Positions 1 through 13,320 of a stretch of DNA of 64,000 nt are shown one piece after another. Under the pieces are notes generated by a model, which searched no databases, was not told the DNA's origin, and saw only the letters and a program-made list of their open reading frames with translations. The stretch lies in assembly GCF_006345805.1 (NCBI RefSeq), contig NC_043005.1:15686001-15750000 (forward strand). The letters are read 5' to 3'. The first letter of the stretch is position 1, and each line of letters opens with the position of its first letter. This DNA is from Octopus sinensis (Eukaryota). The position numbers and the translations under genes are program-made.

Positions 1-328
1 AGTTTGGCATATTGTTTGTTATTTGAAACGATGTGCTGGTAAGGAAGTATAAAACTGTCATAAAATAAGAATTAAAAAGAAGGAAAAAAATGGAACGTTT
101 GTTATTTCGAATAACACACATTTTCCAAATACATACACAAGTGTATTTACATATATTAACAGATGTATATCTATAAATTTCTGTCGATTCACCGAGAGGC
201 GATAAATTTCAGAACTCAATACGTATTCATTAATGCATTATAACTGAAAGGTTCAAAATTTCAGTACTCCAAGTTACACGTTTCCAATCATACGAGATTT
301 CCATACAAGCATATCTATATAAAACTAT

Positions 329-401
<73 letters not shown>

Positions 402-404
<3 letters not shown>

Positions 405-780
405 GACTATATATTGTTCAAAGAAGAATGCAGTGTACGTTCAAACACAAAAGAGGTACCCGAAAAATAGGATACCTGACTCGCTAGAAAGAGCGGTCAA
501 AACTCCAAGCCACCAATTGTTGTAATTCCGAAAGTGATTGGAAAATAAAAACGTTTACCTTAATCCAATCACTTTCGGAATTACAACAATTGGTGGCTTG
601 GAGTTTTGACCGCTCTTTCTAGCGAGTCAGATATCTTATTCTTTGGGTATCTCTTTTCTGTTTGAACGTACACTGTATTCTTCTTTGAATAATATATAGT
701 CTATCGACTAATTTTTTTTCTTTCTCGCTAGACTACTGGTAACTAAGAATTTTTCGATGAATATTCTTGCTACCCTAAGA
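402..780. mobile_element. (TA)n-flanked fold-back element, putative Penelope-like terminal repeat fragment
   Basis: 141-bp inverted arms 402-542 and 564-704, 21-nt loop, tail to 780, (TA)n on both sides. Homologous to 43955-44257 and to the sequence 3' of the hammerhead at 39006-39078. Confidence 0.75.
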
Positions 781-967
781 TATATATATATATATATATA
801 CGCGCGCACACACACACACACACACTGTAGAGATAACTTTAAGAGTGATTAAACTGCTCAACCAACACAAACAGTAAGACATAAGACTTATAAAGCCTTA
901 AATAATACTTGGTACCATATTATGGTTACACAACGGAATACAGAGCATAGCCATTCTTTTTATTTTG

Positions 968-1049
<82 letters not shown>

Positions 1050-1125
1050 GTCTGTCGCTATATATACATATATTTATATTTATATATATATATATATATA
1101 TATACTTGTGCAGTGTGTACACACA

Positions 1126-1156
<31 letters not shown>

Positions 1157-1157
1157 C
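968..1157. repeat. compound microsatellite (TATC)n/(TA)n/(CA)n
   Basis: direct reading. Confidence 0.95.
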
Positions 1158-1356
1158 AGACAAGGAAAAACCAGTAGCGCCGGCAGAGAGCTCCTTCAAA
1201 TGCTGTCGCTGTATTCGAGACTGTCGCTCCCGTGTCTGCCTCTACAGCCACAGTAGATGCTGCCTCACTATCAGCAGCTGACACAATTTCTTCGGGTGCC
1301 GATCCATGGTCTCTCGAGACCGACGGATGCCTACTACATATTTATATACATCTATC

Positions 1357-1952
1357 CTATTTCTTTACTACCCACAAGGGGCTAAACACAGAGAGGACGA
1401 ACAAGGATAGACAAACGGATTAAGTCGATCATATCGACCCCAGTGCGTAACTGTACTTATTTAATCGACCCCGAAAGGATGAAAAGCAAAGTCGACCTCG
1501 GCGGAATTTGAACTCAGAACGTAACGGCAGACGAAATACCGCTAAGCATTATATACATCTATCCATGTATGTAATACATTCACACATATATACCACAAAA
1601 TGTACATACATACATCTATATTTTATCAATACCTAATCCGACAGAAGCCTATGCTTTAGTGTTGATTGTTTGTCGGAGAAACTGTGTAGTCAGTACCATA
1701 ATAAAGGTTGATAATATATTTATTTCTTTATTGCCCATAGAGGGCTAAACATAGAGGGGACAAATAAGAACAGACAAAGGGATTAAGTCGATTACATCGA
1801 CCCCAGTGCGTAACTGGTAGTTAATTTATCGATCCCGAAAGGATGAAAGACAAAGTCGACCACGGCAGAATTCGAACTCAGAACGTAAAGACAGACGAAA
1901 TACCGCTCAGTATTTCGCCCAGCGTGCTAACGTTTCTGCCAGCCCGCCGCCT
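1357..1952 (-). mobile_element. two copies of tRNA-derived SINE family A (about 1357-1550 and 1720-1952)
   Basis: reverse complement of GAGTTCAAATTCC B-box, GCCTTTCATCCTTTCGGGGTCGAT core (Meta-domain-like) and GCCCCTTGTGGG..AAAGAAATA tail. Confidence 0.9.
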
Positions 1953-2426
1953 TAAAGATTGACGATATGTTGTAAACCCTTGCTGCACTGAGTTTCATTT
2001 GTGTGTGTATATGATCTTCAGGTAAGTCTATATACAATGGCTTGTGGTATTATGGTTAGTTGCATGATCATAACGTCGTGGGTTCAATTCCTGGATCATA
2101 TGGCGTGTTGAGTCCTTGAGCAAAGCACTCAATTTTACGTTGCGCCAGTCTACTGCGGCCTAAATTTAAAAAGAGCTACGCACCCACAGAAGCCTTTTCA
2201 GTAGATTGGAAAAAAATATCAAATTGACCTATTTCATTGCTATTTAACACCACCAGGATGAACTAAACCACTAGTTCTCAAACTGCAGATTACATATTAC
2301 GATACTATCTTAAAAACCGCACTCTGTGTGGACTTTTAGGCAAGCTCCCAGGGAGGGCTAATTGGGCCTGTGACCCAAAACTAAAGAGAGCTAAATAGCA
2401 TGGCTATAATACGTCTCTAATGACTA

Positions 2427-2648
2427 TTGGCAGAATCGTTAGCACGCCGGGCGAAATGCTTAGCAGTATTTCGTCTGTCGTTACGTTCTGAGTTCAAATT
2501 CCGCCGAGGTCGACTTTGCCTTTCATCCTTTCGGGGTCGATAAATAAAGTACCAGTTTCCCACTGGGGTCGATGTAATCGACTTAATCCGTTTGTCTGTC
2601 CTTGTTTGTCCCCTCTATGTTTATCCCCTTGTGGGCAGTAAAGAAATA
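2427..2648 (+). mobile_element. SINE family A
   Basis: A-box-like TGGCAGAATCG, B-box GAGTTCAAATTCC, shared core and tail. Confidence 0.9.
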
Positions 2649-3187
2649 TATATACCCCGCTGGTGTTTGATCAGAGGTTAATGACGGATGAGAATTAATT
2701 CTGTAATGCCATCATTCTATCGTTCCAGTCCCAAGTTGAATTCCGACTGTTGGCCAATTTGTCCCAAAGTTCTTATCTCGACGTAAAATTAACGAAGCGA
2801 ATGTCACTTATCTTCTCCTTGATCTCTGACGTCATTTAACAAACGCCAACTAAGATGGCGTGAATCAGCCAAGCTTTACCTGCTAGAAATAGCAACCCAA
2901 ATGCTTTTAAATCAGATCCCATTGCTGGATGCTCAAGAAACAAATGAAGGGCAGATTTTTCACTCCCGGTATCATTCTGATTCTCAAAACGTATAATATG
3001 TCTATGTAGAAAAAATGTAGACTGAGACACAGGGGTCTCAGACAGAGAGAATGTCGCTTTTATTATGACAGATATGCAAATGAGTGCCTAGACAAATAAA
3101 CTCATTTACATAATATTATGAAAGTGACGGCGTGACAGTCAGTAATATAGTTCCAAAATAAAGTGTGGCAAATGAATAAATAAAATA

Positions 3188-3275
3188 TATGAAGTTACAT
3201 CCATGACTCTTTAGTCATGCTGTGAAGTTACATCTATGAATATTTAGTCGTGCTGTGAAATTACACCCATGTGAG
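3188..3275 (+). repeat. 33-bp minisatellite, about 2.7 units
   Basis: unit GAAGTTACATCCATGACTCTTTAGTCATGCTGT repeated with divergence. Confidence 0.8.
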
Positions 3276-3489
3276 TCTTTTCGCTGACAAATCTAAAACA
3301 AACCAACTGGTAGGTATACATTTGGCAATTAACGTTGGGGAAAGGTTACGTAACATATCGTAAATCACGAGAGTTATTTCTGTATATGGAAAGTAATTAT
3401 TTTTGGTGACATAACTCCTAGAAAGATCATGCAGACTAACAACGAGCAGACTAATGAGATTTCGACTTCGATGCGTCTCATCAACCTCA

Positions 3490-3774
3490 ACGTACTTATT
3501 AATAAAGGGTACTAGTAGCGTAGACTGGACCCGGTTTGCGCACACGCGCAGACGCCGCGAATCGGGGACGTGCGATACAAGTATATATCGTATATATACA
3601 AGTATATATCGTATACAAGTATATATCGTATACAAGTATATATCGTATACAAGTATATATCGTATATATCGTGCATGTGCCAGTCAGCTCGTAGGATCGA
3701 CTGCCTACGTCTGGCTAGCGCGTATGCGCAAACCGGGTCCAGTCTACGCTACTAGTACCTTAATAAAGTACGTT
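3490..3774. mobile_element. MITE/foldback element with internal 17-bp tandem repeat
   Basis: about 40-bp near-perfect IR GTACTAGTAGCGTAGACTGGACCCGGTTTGCGCA (from about 3510, and ending about 3759); central ATACAAGTATATATCGT x5; weaker IR continues outward. Confidence 0.8.
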
Positions 3775-3967
3775 CTTTTAATGAAACAGACAAAATAAAT
3801 CGAAATCGAGACATTTTGGCTATTAGACCGATATATGTGACCCCTAAGGAGTTATATAATTCAAAATCGTTTTAGAAAAAGTTTGAAAATATCATGTTCG
3901 ATAGTGCGTTACGTAATTCTCATACTAAAATTCTTTCATTTCACCAACATATTATATAGCAATATTA

Positions 3968-4278
3968 CCGTGATCACCGTGACCGACCAGGCTATCAGAT
4001 GTTGCTACATATCGCTGGTCACAATGCGCTTCGCATTGTTTTAGCCTTCAAATGACGCCCCCCCCCCGCTGGCTAAACGAGCAGGCCAACAGAAGAAAGA
4101 GTGAGAGAAAGTTGTGGCGAAAGAGTAGAGCAGGGAACGCAACCACCCCCTGCCGGAGCCTCGTGGAGCTTTAGGTGTTTTCTCTCAATAAACATTCACA
4201 ATGCCCAGTCTGGGAATCGAAACCGCGATCCTACAACCGTCAGTCCGCTGCCCTAACCACTGGGCCATTGCGCCTCCA
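3968..4278 (-). mobile_element. tRNA-derived SINE family C
   Basis: reverse complement of GGAGGCGCAATGGCCCAGTGGTTAGGGCAG...GGTTTCGATTCCC head; matches 51663-51973. Confidence 0.88.
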
Positions 4279-4469
4279 CAGATAGTAATATATTAGTTAC
4301 AAAATACATGATGTTTGGACTAAATCTGACGATGTTTTATGTCTTCTTTTTCAGGAAGAGCTTGCTATATTGGTGAATGGTTAATGGTGTTAGAGTTAGG
4401 AGCATAAATTTTAAAGTTGTAATTGAGAAAAAAGTAAGCAGATATGGAAGACTGAAAGTCGTCTGAATA

Positions 4470-4850
4470 TTGGAAAAAATTACCTGTATCGTGATGATTC
4501 TAACTACGTATCAAAATGCCGACATCATGGCTGATGCTCAATCTTCTGTGAACATTACAAAGGTTATAAGACGTGGCACGAACGGCTGCAATGGAGACTA
4601 CGAAGCTGTGGTCTGCAGGAAGGGACACAGTAGACGTTCTGACTGCGTTTGTACACCGGAATTTCGCCCAGCAACTGCATGAACAGGGCCTAAGGCTCAG
4701 TTCAGACGGCTACGTGAAGCTGCTAGAGACTGTGCCGAATCTCTGGTTTGAGAGTGTTGCTGCTGGTAGGCCATATGTCTTGGCGGTGAGATTCGTCTCA
4801 TTGCCATATCTTCGGAAAGTGTCAGAAGTGGTTGTTGAGAGAATTTCTAC
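4470..4850 (+). pseudogene. degenerate Tc1/mariner-superfamily transposase fragment
   Basis: GLRLSSDGYVKLLETVPNLWFESVAAGRPYV resembles the segment before the second catalytic Asp; frameshifted and internally deleted. Confidence 0.6.
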
Positions 4851-5345
4851 AACTCCACCAGCCCCAATTTCATTTACAAATAACACACTCAATTTGTGAT
4901 TTCTAAAAAATGATTTTTCCTCACGTGATGTTTTACCGTTCATTTTAAGATCATCTGTCGATAATGTGTATCTGGTTTACTTTACATAGAAAGTATCTTT
5001 CTTTTTTTTTCAAAATATAAATAGATAAGAGTTCCTAGTTTCTGTGGCCGACTTCTCTTTTCTTTATAAATTTCACATTAGCAGACGTGCGACTCATTTT
5101 GATCTGCAGTAACCATTTCTTGATTATGCTTTTAAATAAATACGTCACTGTTGCAAACAGTGGACTAAACCTTTGTAGTAACATTTGAAGTGTTTTATCT
5201 TCGATATACACTAAATAAATTAATATAAGCTATTGGAGAGGAAGAAGGCTCAATACTAAAAAACAACTGACAATCGTTCATAATTAATTTGAATCTTGGG
5301 AATCGAAATTACAAATCGCTATATGGCTGAATAAAAAGAATTCAT

Positions 5346-5745
5346 GGATCTTTTCGGTTTGAACGGCAGGTTTTTCTAGCGGTGTCATATGAAATTGTCA
5401 CCCATAATTATGACCCTAGTATTGCATTTCAATCTGTTTTAGGGTTAGGGGTGGGGGGAAGGGTATAATTTTTTCTTCAGAAATGTAAATAAACCCAATC
5501 TGTTTCTTAAACGAGGGACATATTCATACGGCACAGAATGTTTTTACCTCAATGGACGTCATTGATTGGTTGAAATTGCAGAAATTGAAGAAAAAACAAC
5601 AAATATCTTACAAACAATAGAATTTTCTCAATAAAACCAAGAGAAAAAGATGTTTTATAAACACATTCTACCAGTATACGAAGTTTAAAATTTTTTAGTT
5701 GCCTAGAAATTATGTTAAAAACTGCCGTTCAAACCGAAAAGATCC
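5346..5745 (+). mobile_element. MITE, 24-bp TIR, 8-bp TSD (Merlin-like)
   Basis: TIR GGATCTTTTCGGTTTGAACGGCAG; TSD GAATTCAT both sides. Confidence 0.92.
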
Positions 5746-6249
5746 GAATTCATCTATCTCTATTAGACTGAAGTACTTTGGCATCTTTTCCATTTCAATG
5801 AATTTTTGGTTTATGAACTCGTGTTTATGAGGTTGAAACAGTTCATCTATATCTTTCGCAAAAATATCGAAGTACAATTGACTAGCGATAGCAAGGATTA
5901 CTTTTGTCTTATTATTTAGAAGAATCTTTCCGTAGACTGATGACAGATTTTTTTTTTCCTGCGACTTTCATAGTTTTCTTTGCATTTGCGTTAATCTGCT
6001 TTTATTATTTTCACTGCATCTAGAAACATCGAACAATTTTCAGGTTTCTTTGCACTGAGCTTTCCTTATCAGTAGCATATATTAATTGATCAAATGTGTG
6101 CCAAAGATAATACACTTTAAATGTTGATGACTCAGTTCATTGTTTGTAGAACTGACGTATTTTGAAAGTATAACCATTAACCTAACATTTGAATGACAAT
6201 ATTGTGGAAACTGGATGACAAAGTGTTTTATTTCTGAACAGTAAGGAGT

Positions 6250-6652
6250 GGCGTAGGAGTGGCTGTGTGGTAAGTAGCTTGCTTACCAACCACACGGTTC
6301 CGGGTTCAGTCCCACTGTGTGGCACCTTGGGCAAGTGTCTTCTACTATAGCCTCGGGCCGACTAAAGCCTTGTGAGTGGATTTGGTAGACGGAAACTGAA
6401 AGAAGCCCGTCGTATATATATATATATGTATGTGTATGTGTTTGTGTGTCTGTGTTTGTCCCCCCCAACATCGCTTGACAACCGATGCTGGTGTGTTTAC
6501 ATCCCCCGATACTTAGCAGTTCGGCAAAAGAGACCGATAGAATAAGTACTAGGCTTACGAAGAATAAGTCCTGGGGTCGATTTGCTCGACTAAAAGGTGG
6601 TGCTCCAGCATGGCCACAGTCAAATGACTGAAACAAGTGAAAGAATGAAAGA
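6250..6652 (+). mobile_element. SINE family B with internal (TA)n/(TG)n tract
   Basis: GGCGTAGGAGTGGCTGTGTGGTAAG head, GGTTCAGTCCC B-box-like, CAAATGACTGAAACAAG tail; many copies in window. Confidence 0.88.
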
Positions 6653-7189
6653 GTAACATAAAAAATGGAATTTTTTTTGTCTTCACAAAATTGTTTTCCT
6701 TCAGTAAAAAGTGATGCAAAAACCTCTCTCAAACAATGCAGTCGTATCCCAAGATGTCTTTTTATTTTCCTTCTATATGATAGAATACTGAAACATAAAA
6801 TGTGTCACACTCAAATCTAACATTATAAAAGAAATGCTAAGCTGTATTTAGATCTAATACATATATAAACATCAAAGTATCTGACCCAAAACATACGTGC
6901 CTTTTCTAAAAGCAGTGTAATGCACATTTGCCTTTATCAAGGGTATCGCTCTGACTATGAACTGACAAAAATCTCCAAGTATACGGGTGGGATATGATGA
7001 ATTATCTGAGTCATCTTCTTTAGTTACGCAGTTTTTGTTGTAAAAAATTTATACAGAGTACTCAAAATCTGCGGTAAAAATATATTTGAAGGTCAACTTA
7101 GGAAATAAATATGATGTAAAAAATAAAATCTCTCCTAACAAGAAAATATTTTGTATGTAAATGATTTACATACAATGTACTACGGTTGA

Positions 7190-7489
7190 TCCAATCAATC
7201 AAACAGTCTAATCGTGAAAGTGGCTGAGCACTCCACAGACACGTGTACCCTTAATGTAGCTCTCGGGAAGATTCAGCGTAATAAGGCTGGCCCTTTGAAA
7301 TACAGGTACAACAGAAACAAGAGTGACAGAAAGAGTACAGCAGGGTTCGTCACCCCAGCCTCTGCCGGAGCCTCGTGGAGCTTTAGGTGTTTTCGCTCAA
7401 TAAACACTCACAACACCCAGTCTGGGAATCGAAACCGCGATCCTATGACCTCGAGTCCGCTGCCATAACCACTGGGCCATTGCGCCTCC
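7190..7489 (-). mobile_element. SINE family C
   Basis: same head as 3968-4278; tail like 37145-37530. Confidence 0.85.
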
Positions 7490-7822
7490 ACACATACAAT
7501 GTATATAGTAAATATTTTAGTTGTAAAGAAGACACATGCAAATACACATACACGCGCGCGCGCACACACACACACACACATTTCTTTTGGAATTGATTTT
7601 GTAGACTCAAATAAAGTTATAAATAATAGCATACAAATACTAATTTGAAAAGCCTTTTTGGATAAATAAAAGTCGAAGGCTGCCTGGGGGCCCACATCCC
7701 CTCTAGTCAGGACAGGCGATCTACCATACTTCCAAAGCAATCGCTCGAATTTGTAAATTTTCGAATGTGGAAGAATTCTTTTAAGGAATTGGTTCTCGAA
7801 GTACGTCTAAAGTAATAAACAA

Positions 7823-8936
7823 TCCTTTCTTCTCTAGGCACACAGTCTGAAATTTTAGGAGAGGGTCTGCGCGATTACATCGAACCCTGTGCTCAGTTGG
7901 TTCTTATTTTATCGACCCCCGAAAGGATGAAAGGCAAAATTGACCTCAGCGAAATTTGAACTCAGGACGTAAAGACAAACGAAATGCCGCTAAGCATTTT
8001 GTCCGGCGTGCTAACGACTCAGCCATTTCCCCGCCTTATATAAAGCAATAAATAATAAAAATCCTTGTGATGTCAACAACAGACAATTCTCACGGTTAAG
8101 AATAAAATTTCTAAAATGTCGAAAGTAATTCGAGGGATTTCTTTGGTCCAGTGGTTGAACGTCTATTATTGTGTCGATACGATTTGTGGGTTCGAATTTC
8201 AAGAACAACCTTCAACTTTTTGCTTTCCAGTAAGATTTTCCAACCCGATATTTATATGCTTATAAAGCGGCGAGCTAGCAGAATCCTTAACATGCCAGAT
8301 AAAATGCTTAGCGGCATTTCATCCGGCTTTACCTTCTGAGTTCAAATGTCGACTTTGCCTTTCATCCTTTTGGGGTCGATAAATTAAGTACTAATAACAC
8401 ACTGGAGTCGATGTAATGCGTATATCTCTCTATGTGTGTGTGTACTTATTTTTTCTATATGAGTATTTATGTGTGTGTGTGTGTGTGTGTGTGCGTCGAC
8501 GTCATAAAAAATTATCATTTTTCGAGTGAATTCTTTTTTATGGGATTGGCTCTCGAAGTACAAATAAAGCATGTGAATATTCTTTTCTACTCTAGGCACA
8601 AGACCCGAAATTTTTGGGGATGGGGGCCAGTCGATTAGATCGACCCCAGTACGCAACTGTTACTTAATTTATCGACCCCGAAACGGTGAAAGGCAAAGTC
8701 GACCTCGGCAGAATAGCATGCAAATATTAATTTCACATTTGGGCATGATTTCAAAGTTTGATAAGCAATTGTGGGGTAGTAAGTCAATTACACCGACCCC
8801 AGTATTTCACTGTACTTAATTTATCGACCTTGAAAGGATGAAGGCAAAGTCGACCTCGGCTGAATTTGAACTCAGAACGTAAAGACGCACGAATTGTCGC
8901 TAAGCATTTCGCCTGGTGTGCTTTCAGCTTGCCGCC

Positions 8937-8987
<51 letters not shown>

Positions 8988-9361
8988 TTTTGCCACAAGG
9001 GCAACCATTTTGGAGGAGGGGATGAGTCGGTTACATCGTCTCCAGTGTCTCACTGGTACTTATTTAATCGACCTCAAAAGGATGAAAGGCAAAGCCGACC
9101 CCGGCGAAATTTGAACTCAGAACATAACGGCAGACGAAATATTTATTTCTTTACTACCCACAAGGGGCTAAACACAGAGAGGACAAACAAGGACAGACAA
9201 ACGGATTAAGTCGATTATATCGACCCCAGTGCGTAACTGGTACTTATTTAATCGACCCCGAAAGTATGAAAAGACAAAGTCGACCTCGGCGGAATTTGAA
9301 CCCAGAACGTAGCGGCAGACGAAATATCGTTAAGCATTTCGCCCGGTGAATAATAATATAA

Positions 9362-9416
<55 letters not shown>

Positions 9417-9962
9417 GTAGTAGTAGTAGTAGTAATAATAATAATAGTGGTTTCTAAATGAGGCACAAAGCCAGCAATTTTGAGGGAAAGAGAAGTATAT
9501 ACATACACATTATACAAATATACGAGTATACATATGTACACAAACATACATGGCGGTGAGCTGGCGGACATGTTAGCACGCTGGGCGAAATGCTTAGCAG
9601 CATTTCGTTAGCCGTTACGTTCTGAGTTCAAATTCCGCCGAGGTCGACTTTGCCTTTCATCCTTTCGGGGTCAATTGAATAAGTACCAGTTACGCACTGG
9701 GGTCGATATAATCGACTTAATCCGTTTGTCTGTCCTTGTTTGTCCTCTCTGTGTTTAGCCCCTTGGGGGTAGTAAAGAAATGGGTATTTCTTCTGTCTTT
9801 GGTCTGAGTTCAAATTCCGCCGAGTTCGACTTTGCCTTTCATCCTTTCGGCGTCGATAAATTAAGTACCGGTTATGCACTGGCGTCAATGTAATTGACTC
9901 AATTCTTTTGTCTGTTCTTGTTTGTCCCCTCTATGTTTAGCCCCTTGTGGGCAATAAAAAAA
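7823..9962. mobile_element. cluster of about 8 SINE family A copies, both strands, including nested dimers
   Basis: repeated core at about 7900, 8350, 8670, 8830, 9070, 9250, 9650, 9830; interspersed (AAT)n. Confidence 0.85.
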
Positions 9963-10128
9963 TAATAACAAACATACATGCATATACTTACGTACATACA
10001 TGTAAGCACTAATTTTGTTTTGGGATTAGGATTAACAGGGAATTGAAAAGAAAACATGTTTTGTGTTCGTTTGTTATAATATAGATATAAAAATATTATA
10101 TCTGTATACATACATACTTACATATATA

Positions 10129-10235
<107 letters not shown>

Positions 10236-10646
10236 TGTGTGTGTGTGTATGAGAGAGAGATTCGAAAACGGACGTTCACTTTCATTTGGCTGTCACATAA
10301 ATCATCTTGTTATGATTCTATAATTATTGACGCGCGGTCATCAACCTTCTTAAATTAAATAAATGAGGTTATGTTTTAAAACTTCTGTTTATTTTTCCTG
10401 TAAGAAATTCTATTCTTCTTTGTACTTGGTAAGCGTTGCTTGCAAAAATTTTATTGGAAGCTGAAACCCCACAGCTCTGTTCGTGTATATGTGTGTCTGT
10501 GTGAGTGTATGTGTAGGTGTAAATATATGTTACGTATGTGTGCGTGTGTCTATATCTGTACGAATACACAAACACACACACACACATGGCTGTGTGGTAA
10601 GCAGTTTGTTTCCCAACTAGGTTCTTTTAGGTTCACTCCCATTGTG

Positions 10647-11054
10647 GGATCTTTTCGGTTTGAACTGCAGTTTTTAACATAATTTCTAGGTAACTAAAAA
10701 TTTTTTAACTTCGTATACCGGTAGAACGTGTTTATAAAACATCTTTTTCTTTTGGCTTTATTGAGAAAATTCTATAGTTTGTAAGATATTTTTTGTTTTT
10801 TTCTTCAATTTCTGCAATTTCAACCAATCAGTGACGTCTATTGAGTTAAAAAGCATTCTGTGCCGTATGAATATGTCCCTCGTTTAAGAAACAGATTGGG
10901 TTTATTTACATTTGTGAAGAAAAAATATACCCTTCCTCCACTCCTAACCCTAAAAGAGATTGAAATGCAATAGATCGATACTAGCGTCATAATTATGGGT
11001 GACAATTTCATATGACACCGCTAGAAAAAACTGCCATTCAAACCCAAAAGATCC
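10647..11054 (-). mobile_element. MITE (same family as 5346), inserted in a SINE B head
   Basis: TIRs; TSD CCATTGTG. Confidence 0.92.
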
Positions 11055-11534
11055 CCATTGTGTGACATCTTTGGCAAGAGACTGGTACTCCGTCGGTTAC
11101 GACGACTACGACGACGACGACGACGACGACCACCACCACCACCACCACCACTGCTAAGTTTCCAGTTGATCCAACCAACGGAACAACTTGCTCGTGAAAT
11201 TAACGTGCAAGTGGCTGAGAACTCCACAGAAACGCGTATCCTTAATGTACTGACACAAAATGTGACAAGGCCGGCGCTTTGAAATACAGGTACTACTCAT
11301 TTTTGTAAGCTGGTTGGACTGGGGAAACGTGAAATAAAGTGTCTTGCTCAAGAACAAAACGCGCCGCCGGGAACGGAACTCACGACCTTGGGATTGCGAG
11401 CCAAATGCTTTAACCATATGCCACGCGTCAGCAGGATGGTGTGGAAACCCGCCTTAATCACCGTGTTGACGCGTTGATTGCCGATGGCCCGACCATACAA
11501 CAGGATGAATTTGGTTGCAGCGACCTGACAATTC

Positions 11535-11920
11535 TTTTATTCTTTTACATGTTTCAGTCATTTGACTGTGGCCATGCTGGAGCATCACCTTTAGTCGAGC
11601 AAATCGACCCCAGGACTTATTCTTTGTAAGCCTGGTACTTATTCTATCGGTATCTTTTGCTGAACAGCTAAGTTACAGGGGCTTAAACACACCAGCATCG
11701 ATTGTCAAGCATATACACATACATACACACACACACACACAGACAGACAGACACACACACACGTACACGACAGACTTCTTTCAGTTTTCCTCTACCGAAT
11801 CCATCACAATGCTTCAGTCGGTCCGAGGCTAGAGTAGAAAACACTTGCCCAAGGTGCCACGCAGTGGGACTGAATCCGGAACCACGTGGTTGGGGCAGCA
11901 AACTTCTTACCCCTTAGTCA
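11535..11920 (-). mobile_element. SINE family B
   Basis: reverse complement match to 6250-6652. Confidence 0.85.
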
Positions 11921-12117
11921 CGTGTGTGCATGCGTGTGTTCTTGAGTGTTTGTGTATGTGCACGCACGCATGCGTGCGTGTGCGTGCGCGTGTGTGTGGT
12001 GTGGCAAAAATTTGAATTTCACACCTTTTACAAGTTCACAAGCGTTTTAACACCAAATGCATGGTGTGCACCTTGCTAAACCATGATGGTAACGGATACT
12101 CCAGCCACAAGCTCACG

Positions 12118-12150
<33 letters not shown>

Positions 12151-12184
12151 GCAAAGCAAAAAAAAACAAAAAGCAACAAAGAAC

Positions 12185-13045
12185 CCAAACAGGCTGCTGC
12201 GGATCCACTATGGATTCTTTCGGGTTCTACCCATTCTCTTGCCATTATAGTGCTGGCTGTCTTCCAGGCCATGTACTCCTTGTTTGTTTGTTCTTTCTCG
12301 AGCCATGCCTAGCTCACAAGGGCCGGTTTCCCGGTTTCCTTGGCGTATAGGTTCCCCACTTGGACGGGACGCCGGTCCGTCACAGGTGAGCAGCAAGATG
12401 CAGGAGGAAAGAGTGAGAGAAAGTTGTGGCGAAAGAGTCAGCAGAAGTTAGCCATTACCTTCTGCCGGAGCCACGTGGAGTTTAGGTGTTTCGCTCATAA
12501 ACACACACGTCGCCCGGTTTGAGGTTCGAACCTGCGATCCCTCGACCGCGAATCCGCTGCTCTAACCACTAGGCCATGTGCCTCTATCATCTACTCATTA
12601 AGGAAATCATAAAGCATGGTCTAGACACTGCAGGCTTCCCTTCCCAGCTCGAACAAGCGGGGCTAGACCGAGGGGACGGTAAAAGGCCTTAAAATCTTCC
12701 CGTTCCGTGGCGGTAGGCACCTCATCTGGGATACCACGTGCTGTGACACCTTACTCAGGGACAACTTGGTGTGTTCAGCTACCATCTCAGGCTCCGCTGT
12801 TCGTCAGGGTGAGAAAAGCGAACTATGAAAGTATCGGTCACTCTCTCACAGGTTTATGGCCAGCTTGTGACAGAGGTGACCACTGGCGTTCTTGGCACTC
12901 CCCTCCCTCGGACCATATCCTTGCGCACCACTATCGGAGCGAAGATGGCTATCAGCAAGATTGGCTGTTCCAGTGCATGTCCCTCACCATCGTTCGGGAC
13001 AACGCCTTTTCCATTTTGTCTGCTGGGACCATGCGCTCCCAGCTT
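12185..13045 (+). pseudogene. CRE-like RLE non-LTR retrotransposon C-terminus, split by a SINE C (about 12278-12583, minus)
   Basis: CCGSTMDSFGFYPFSCHYSAGCLPGH (degenerate zinc knuckle), IIKHGLDTAGFPSQLEQAGLDRGDGKRP, FPFRGGRHLIWDTTCCDT, WLFQCMSLTIVRDNAFSIL. Confidence 0.75.
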
Positions 13046-13135
13046 AGTACACATCGGCGTGTTCTTACACGAGACGTCGTAACATTAGTGCTGGCTCTTA
13101 AAAATCTCTCTCTCCGTCTCACTCAGTCACCCCCC

Positions 13136-13170
<35 letters not shown>

Positions 13171-13225
13171 AATAATGCATATATATATATTATACACACC
13201 ATAAATAGTATATCTGTACAAAATG

Positions 13226-13271
<46 letters not shown>

Positions 13272-13320
13272 TAGTGAATTGAAGAAATGGAGTTGAACGA
13301 AGATTGAACAGAAATCGTTT

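Noticed and set aside
3575-3672. Repeats resembling a CRISPR array
   Set aside because: Direct tandem units with no unique spacers, no cas genes, eukaryotic context.
5937-5970. CTGATGA motif (also near 54264 and 59678)
   Set aside because: No correctly placed GAAA, stem III or stem I.
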